A program made the translations under genes and the position numbers. Source: Candidatus Krumholzibacteriia bacterium (GTDB lineage: Bacteria; Krumholzibacteriota; Krumholzibacteriia; LZORAL124-64-63). From it: DNA of 64,000 bases. The stretch covers positions 32,001-96,000 of the forward strand of contig JBFXKG010000003.1 of the NCBI GenBank assembly GCA_050174015.1. Reading direction: 5' to 3'. The notes under the pieces are model-generated. The model had not been told where the DNA came from, ran no database searches, and saw only the letters and a list, made by a program, of their open reading frames with translations. This document shows positions 58,579 through 64,000 of the stretch, piece after piece (positions within the stretch are counted from its first letter, which is position 1; every line of letters begins with the position of its first letter).

Positions 58579-61152
58579 ATGTCGCTGGAACACAGCAGAT
58601 CCCTGACCGGACATCCGAGATCGATCATCCTGCTGCTGTCGGTCGTGGCGGCGTTCGCCGGCTGGACGCCGCACGCTGCCCGCGCCGCCGCGATTCCCAC
58701 CGACGGCCACGGCCTGCCTCTCTGGCAGGTCGCGGTCTTCGAGGACTTCCCCGTGAGGATCGAACTGTCCGGCAGGACCGAACTGGAGGACCTGCTCTCC
58801 ACGGTTCCGGTCGCCGATTTCAACCGGGAACAGATCCGACCCTTGCCCGGAGGAGCGGTCACCCTGGAGACCCGCGTGACGGCGGCCGAGGCCGCCGCCC
58901 TCGCGGCCGCCGGATACCGGTTCGAACGCCTGCGCGATCTCGAGCAGGAGGGCCGCCGCGCCGTCGAGGCCGTCTGGGCCCAACAGGCCGCGGCGGGATT
59001 CACGGATCTCCAGCCCGGCAAGGCCCTGTTCTATCCCACCCACGCCCAGATCGGGACCGATTTCGCCGCCCTGGCCGCCGCCAATCCCTCCCTTGCCCGG
59101 ACGTTCTCCATGGGCCTTTCGGTCCAGGGCCGGGACCTGTGGGGCATCGTGATCTCCGACGACGTGGGCAGCACCGAACCCGAACCCGAGGTCCGGCTGA
59201 CCGGCACCATCCACGGCGACGAACCGGTGGCCATGGTGATGCTCTACAACCTGGCCTTCTACCTGGTGGACAACTACGGGCAGCCCGGCTACGAGGACGT
59301 CACCGACCTGGTCGACCATTACGAGATCCACATCATGCCCCTGCACAATCCCGACGGCTACGCGGCCGGCACCCGATCCAACGCCAACGGGGTCGACCTG
59401 AACCGGAACTATCCCGACCCGGCGGGCACCCATGCGGTCCAGGAGCAGGAAACCCTCAACTTCATGACCCACGCGAACAACCACCACTTCGTGATCAGCC
59501 AGAACGGCCACGGCGGAGCCCTGGTTGTGAACTATCCCTGGGACTACACCTACACCCGGGCCCCGGACGACGCCGCGCTCATCGAGCTGAGCCTCGAATA
59601 CTCGACCTTCAACCTGCCCATGTACAACGGCAGCTTCCCCCAGGGCATCACCAACGGAGCCGACTGGTACATCGCCACCGGCACGCTGCAGGACTGGTCC
59701 TACGACACGACCGGCTGCATCGACGTCACCGTCGAGCTCGGCAACACCAAGTGGCCCGCGGCCTCGACCCTGCAGACCTCCTGGGACGACAACCGGGAAA
59801 GCTTGATGCACTACGTCAAGGCCGCCCGCTACGGGGTCAACGGCGTGGTCACGGGTTCGGACACCGGCTTGCCGCTCGACGCCGCCATCACCGTCACCGG
59901 CAACGCCATGCCCGTCCACACCGACCCCGAGCACGGCGATTATTACAAGCTGCTGGACTCCGGGATCTACACCTTGACGTTCTCGTCCCCGGGCTACCTG
60001 GACGAGGTCGTCACGGGCGTCGCTACGACCTGGGGCACCCCGACCGTCCTCGACGTCGTCATGGATCCGGTGGCCCACGGGGACGTCTCCGGGGTGGTGA
60101 CAGGTGCCGCCGGCGCCGGCCTGGACGCCCAGGTCAACGTCTACGCCCTGCCCCTGGACCAGTTCCACACCGCGGTCCAGGCCCAGGCCTCGTCCGGCGG
60201 GGCTTACACCGCCCATCTGCCGTACGGGGATTACCGCCTGGAAGCGGTGGCGTCGGGCTACCAGACCGTGTCGCAGACCGTGACCGTCGGCGCGGTCCCG
60301 GCCACCCTCGATTTCGTCCTGGGTGCCATCGAGACCGTCGATCTGTTCGCGTCGGACTTCGAGTCCGGCATGGAAGGCTGGACGGGAGGCTGGGGTCTGG
60401 CCGCGACGGGCAATGCTTCGACCGGCAGCCTGACCGACAGCCCGTCGGGCAACTACGCGGACAGCTCGACGAACATCGTGACCATGGTTGAGGGCGTCGA
60501 TCTCACGGGGGCGCTCGGCGCCCAGGTCTCCTTCTGGGCGAAGTGGCAGATCGAGGACATGTGGGACGGGTGCTTCTTCGAGATGTCGGCGGACGGCGGG
60601 TCGGCCTGGACCCCGCTGGCCACCGCCTTCACCGGGGCCGCGACGGGCCAGGGCGGCCAGACTCCGGCCGGGGCGCCCTGCTTCGACAACAACCAGACCA
60701 CCTGGGTGCTGAACACCGTCACGCTGAACGGGTACCTCGACCGGACCGACGTGCGGTTCCGGTTCCGCCTGGACAGCGATTCGAGCATCAACCGGGACGG
60801 ATATTCCTTCGACGACTTCACGGTGACGGTCACCCGCATCCAGCAGGGGATCTCGCCAGTGCCCGCCGCGCCGGGCGACCGCCTGGCGGTGAGCGCCTGG
60901 CCCAATCCCTTCAATCCCCAGACGACGGTTTCCTTCACGCTCCCCGGACCCGGGCTGGCTGCCGTGCAGGTCTTCGACCTCCGGGGGCGCCTGGTCCGCA
61001 CCCTGGAGTCGGGGTTCATGACCGCTGGTCCCGACCGTCGGGTTTGGGACGGCACGAACGAGGCCGGCAGTCCGGTGGGCAGCGGCGTGTACTTTGTAAG
61101 ATTGAAATCCGATCATGACCAGGTCGTGACCAAGGTGCTCATGTTGAAGTAA
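58579..61152 (+). CDS. Secreted M14 zinc carboxypeptidase (paralogue of 46287..48569) with FlgD-Ig domain
   Basis: 'TIHGDE', 'RSNANGVDLNRNY', 'TVELGNTK'; ATG at 58579 follows AGGAG. Confidence 0.92.
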   Translation: MSLEHSRSLTGHPRSIILLLSVVAAFAGWTPHAARAAAIPTDGHGLPLWQVAVFEDFPVRIELSGRTELEDLLSTVPVADFNREQIRPLPGGAVTLETRVTAAEAAALAAAGYRFERLRDLEQEGRRAVEAVWAQQAAAGFTDLQPGKALFYPTHAQIGTDFAALAAANPSLARTFSMGLSVQGRDLWGIVISDDVGSTEPEPEVRLTGTIHGDEPVAMVMLYNLAFYLVDNYGQPGYEDVTDLVDHYEIHIMPLHNPDGYAAGTRSNANGVDLNRNYPDPAGTHAVQEQETLNFMTHANNHHFVISQNGHGGALVVNYPWDYTYTRAPDDAALIELSLEYSTFNLPMYNGSFPQGITNGADWYIATGTLQDWSYDTTGCIDVTVELGNTKWPAASTLQTSWDDNRESLMHYVKAARYGVNGVVTGSDTGLPLDAAITVTGNAMPVHTDPEHGDYYKLLDSGIYTLTFSSPGYLDEVVTGVATTWGTPTVLDVVMDPVAHGDVSGVVTGAAGAGLDAQVNVYALPLDQFHTAVQAQASSGGAYTAHLPYGDYRLEAVASGYQTVSQTVTVGAVPATLDFVLGAIETVDLFASDFESGMEGWTGGWGLAATGNASTGSLTDSPSGNYADSSTNIVTMVEGVDLTGALGAQVSFWAKWQIEDMWDGCFFEMSADGGSAWTPLATAFTGAATGQGGQTPAGAPCFDNNQTTWVLNTVTLNGYLDRTDVRFRFRLDSDSSINRDGYSFDDFTVTVTRIQQGISPVPAAPGDRLAVSAWPNPFNPQTTVSFTLPGPGLAAVQVFDLRGRLVRTLESGFMTAGPDRRVWDGTNEAGSPVGSGVYFVRLKSDHDQVVTKVLMLK

Positions 61153-61182
61153 GAATTCGCCCGGCGGTACCGCTGGGGTTCC

Positions 61183-61213
61183 GGAGGCCGCTTTGCGCGG
61201 CCTCCATTTTTTT
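61183..61213 (+). terminator. Rho-independent terminator
   Basis: GGAGGCCGC-tttgc-GCGGCCTCC followed by ATTTTTTT. Confidence 0.8.
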
Positions 61214-61476
61214 GACGGCCCGCCCGCAATGGTTCCGTGAAACTTCTTGGCTGGTATCGGAAATTTTTTGTCAAAACAATACTCATCGGGAAGAAATTCC
61301 TTCGAAATGTAGAATCAACTTTTCAAAGCGCATGGCATCTCTGGTATAGTCAAATCATCGCACAGCTTCAGGTGGAGGGGTTCTTCCTGAGCAGTATGAT
61401 TCCAATCAATACACCCTGGCGGGATCCTGCCCCGAATCGGCGCCCCGGATTCCGCCCGATCCGGAGGTGCCTTTCC

Positions 61477-64000
61477 ATGTCGAAATCCCGTCAGGTCCTA
61501 TGGAGCCTCGTTCTGATCTCGCTGCTCTGCCTTTGCGGCGGAGCAGGAGCGGCCGTCGCACCCGGGTATGATTACGTCCCGGGTGAACTCATCATCAAAT
61601 TCAAGCCGCAGGTCCAGGAACCGGACAAGGGCGGCATCTTCGCACCGCTCGACGGCCGCAGGGTCAAGGACTTCACCTTCATCGGGGCCGAGCACTGGCA
61701 GATCAAGAGCGGCAGCGTGGAGAACGCAGTCGCCCTCCTGGAATCCGATCCCCGGGTCGAGTACGTCGAGCCGAACTACATCGTCTACGCCCTGGAGATC
61801 CCCAACGACGCGCGCTTCGGCGACCTCTGGGGCATGAACAACGACGGTGGCTTCACGGACCCCAGCGGCAACGTGGCCGTGGCCGACGCCGACATCGACG
61901 CCGTCGAGGCCTGGGACGTGTTCACCGGTTCGAGCAGCGTGCTCGTGGCCGTGATCGACACGGGCATCGACTACACTCACCCGGACCTCGTCGACAACGC
62001 CTGGACCAATCCCGGCGAGATCGCCGGCAACGGCATCGACGACGACGGCAACGGCTTCATCGACGACATCCACGGCTGGGACTTCGCCAACGGGGACAAC
62101 GACCCCATGGACGACAACGACCACGGCTCCCACTGCTCCGGCACCATCGGCGGCGTGGGCAACAACGCCCTGGGCGTGGCCGGCGTCAACTGGGACGTCT
62201 CGATCATGGGCCTGAAGTTCCTGACTTCAGGCGGCAGCGGCAGCACCGCCGACGCCATCAGCTGCATCGAGTACGCCACCATGATGGGCGTGGACGTCAT
62301 GAGCAACAGCTGGGGCGGGGGCCCCTACGACGCCGCCATGGAGGCCGCCATCGAGGCCGCCTACCTGGCCGACATCTTCTTCGTCGCCGCGGCCGGAAAC
62401 GACGGCACCGACAACGACGTCACCCCCCACTACCCGAGCAACTACACCAACGGCAACGTCATCTCGGTCATGGCCACCGACTGCACCGACAGCCCGGTCA
62501 ACGAGCCCGGCTGGTGGTCGACCTGCTACGGCGCCACCACCGTCGACGTCGCCGCCCCCGGTCTGCACATCTGGTCCACCACTCCGGGCAACACCTACCA
62601 GGACTTCTCGGGCACCTCGATGGCCACGCCGCACGTCTCGGGCGCCATGGCCATGCTGCGCGGCCGCTTCCCCGGCATCTCGGTGGACGACGGCAAGAAC
62701 CTGCTGATGACCATCGGCAACGATCCGCTGCCCTCCCTGAGCGGATTGTGCGTCACCGGCGCCCGCCTGAACCTGCTGAAGCTCATCGCCGACCCGGACA
62801 CCATCCCGCCCAGCGACGTGATCGACCTGGCCGCAGCGGACGTGGCCTCCAACTGGGTGCGGCTGCAGTGGACGGCCCCCGGGGACGACGGCGCCACCGG
62901 GACCACCAGCAGCTACGACATGCGGTATGCGTCGACTCCCATCCTGACGGAGACCGACTGGGACGCCGCCACCACCGTGACGGGGGAACCCGATCCCGCG
63001 GTCTACGGGACGACCGAGACCATGCAGGTGAACGGTCTGGACGTGCTGACAACCTATTACTTCGGCATCCGCGCCAAGGACGAATACGGCAACCTGGGCG
63101 GCCTGTCCAACTCGCCTGCAGCCACCACCCTCGGCCCCCCGAGCATCGCGGTGGCTCCCACGTCCCTGTCGACCACCCTCGAGACCGGCGGCACGGACAC
63201 GCAGACCCTGACCATCAGCAACGTCGGGGACGGCGTGCTGGACTTCAGCATTCCCACCGCCGAGTACATCCTGCCGGCCAAGGCCCGCTTCGCAGCTGTG
63301 CCGGGGTTCGACTACCAGCCCCTGGCCAAGGGCGTCTCACCGGCCGGCCTGCCCCGGATCGCGGCCAAGGGCCTGGGCGGCCCCGACGCCTTCGGCTACA
63401 ACTGGCGCGACAGCGACGAGGCCGGCGGCCCGGCCTACAACTGGATCGAGATCTCGGCCCTGGGCACGGCCGTCAGCCTCAGCGACGACGCCAACAGCGG
63501 TCCGTATCCCATCGGCTTCCCCTTCTCCTTCTACGGGACCGATTACACCGAATTTAGGATCTGCTCCAACGGCTGGATCAGCTTCACGGACACCGGGAAC
63601 GACATGAGCAACGGCCCGTTGCCGTCGACCGGCGCCCCGCTGGCCATGCTGTCCCTGTTCTGGGACGACCTCGATCCCTCGTCCGGCGGCAACGTCTACT
63701 ACTACAACGACGGCACCCGGCTGATCGTGGAGTTCGCGGGCGTTCCCCACTACGACAGCGGCGGGGTCTACACGATGCAGGCCCACCTGTATCCCAACGG
63801 GGCCGTCGAGTACCACTACCAGAGCATGACCGCCATCAACGACAGCGGGACCATCGGCATCCAGAACGGGGACGGGACCGACGGGCTGACGGTCGTCTTC
63901 AACTCGGCCTACGTGCACGACGCCATGGCCGTGCGGTTCGCCGCCGTGACCCCGTGGCTGTCCACCAGCCCGGGCAGCGGCAGCGTCGCCGCGGGCGCCA
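61477..64000 (+). CDS. Secreted S8 subtilisin-like serine protease with FN3 domain (3'-truncated by the window; absent from the ORF track)
   Basis: GGAGG RBS and signal peptide; prodomain 'YVPGELIIKFK'; catalytic 'VAVIDTGID', 'DHGSHCSGTIG', 'FSGTSMATPHVSG'; FN3-like 'LQWTAPGDDG'. Confidence 0.93.
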   Translation, partial: MSKSRQVLWSLVLISLLCLCGGAGAAVAPGYDYVPGELIIKFKPQVQEPDKGGIFAPLDGRRVKDFTFIGAEHWQIKSGSVENAVALLESDPRVEYVEPNYIVYALEIPNDARFGDLWGMNNDGGFTDPSGNVAVADADIDAVEAWDVFTGSSSVLVAVIDTGIDYTHPDLVDNAWTNPGEIAGNGIDDDGNGFIDDIHGWDFANGDNDPMDDNDHGSHCSGTIGGVGNNALGVAGVNWDVSIMGLKFLTSGGSGSTADAISCIEYATMMGVDVMSNSWGGGPYDAAMEAAIEAAYLADIFFVAAAGNDGTDNDVTPHYPSNYTNGNVISVMATDCTDSPVNEPGWWSTCYGATTVDVAAPGLHIWSTTPGNTYQDFSGTSMATPHVSGAMAMLRGRFPGISVDDGKNLLMTIGNDPLPSLSGLCVTGARLNLLKLIADPDTIPPSDVIDLAAADVASNWVRLQWTAPGDDGATGTTSSYDMRYASTPILTETDWDAATTVTGEPDPAVYGTTETMQVNGLDVLTTYYFGIRAKDEYGNLGGLSNSPAATTLGPPSIAVAPTSLSTTLETGGTDTQTLTISNVGDGVLDFSIPTAEYILPAKARFAAVPGFDYQPLAKGVSPAGLPRIAAKGLGGPDAFGYNWRDSDEAGGPAYNWIEISALGTAVSLSDDANSGPYPIGFPFSFYGTDYTEFRICSNGWISFTDTGNDMSNGPLPSTGAPLAMLSLFWDDLDPSSGGNVYYYNDGTRLIVEFAGVPHYDSGGVYTMQAHLYPNGAVEYHYQSMTAINDSGTIGIQNGDGTDGLTVVFNSAYVHDAMAVRFAAVTPWLSTSPGSGSVAAGA

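Noticed and set aside
1..64000. rRNA, tRNA (including tRNA-Sec), transposase or integrase genes
   Set aside because: None recognised in this window.

Overview
GC-rich bacterial chromosomal window. The abundance of secreted proteins ending in an FlgD-Ig/T9SS-type 'PNPFNP...WDG...G.YF...K..L.K' domain or a short 'WGx(V/L)KxL(Y/F)R' tail suggests an FCB-group lineage such as Ca. Krumholzibacteriota (inference only). Main contents: (1) a complete type II-C CRISPR-Cas locus with cas9-cas1-cas2 on the minus strand, 21 repeats/20 spacers and a tracrRNA with its own consensus promoter. (2) Two solitary integron-type gene cassettes with attC sites but no integrase in the window: a BrnT/BrnA toxin-antitoxin cassette, and a hypothetical-gene cassette next to the CRISPR array. 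(3) Two genes that the ORF track splits at an in-frame TGA lying in a Cys-redox motif and followed by a hairpin, i.e. probable selenoproteins: a DUF3179-type UxxC lipoprotein, and an unusual secreted CxxU beta-propeller/FlgD-Ig protein. (4) A cluster of secreted proteases: two M14 carboxypeptidase paralogues, a Kgp-like C25 gingipain and an S8 subtilase cut by the window end. (5) A Cys-rich peptide/6-bladed propeller operon, an HNH endonuclease, a duplicated ~150-bp intergenic element, and assorted housekeeping and transport genes. All family assignments come from motif recognition by eye; no database search was run.
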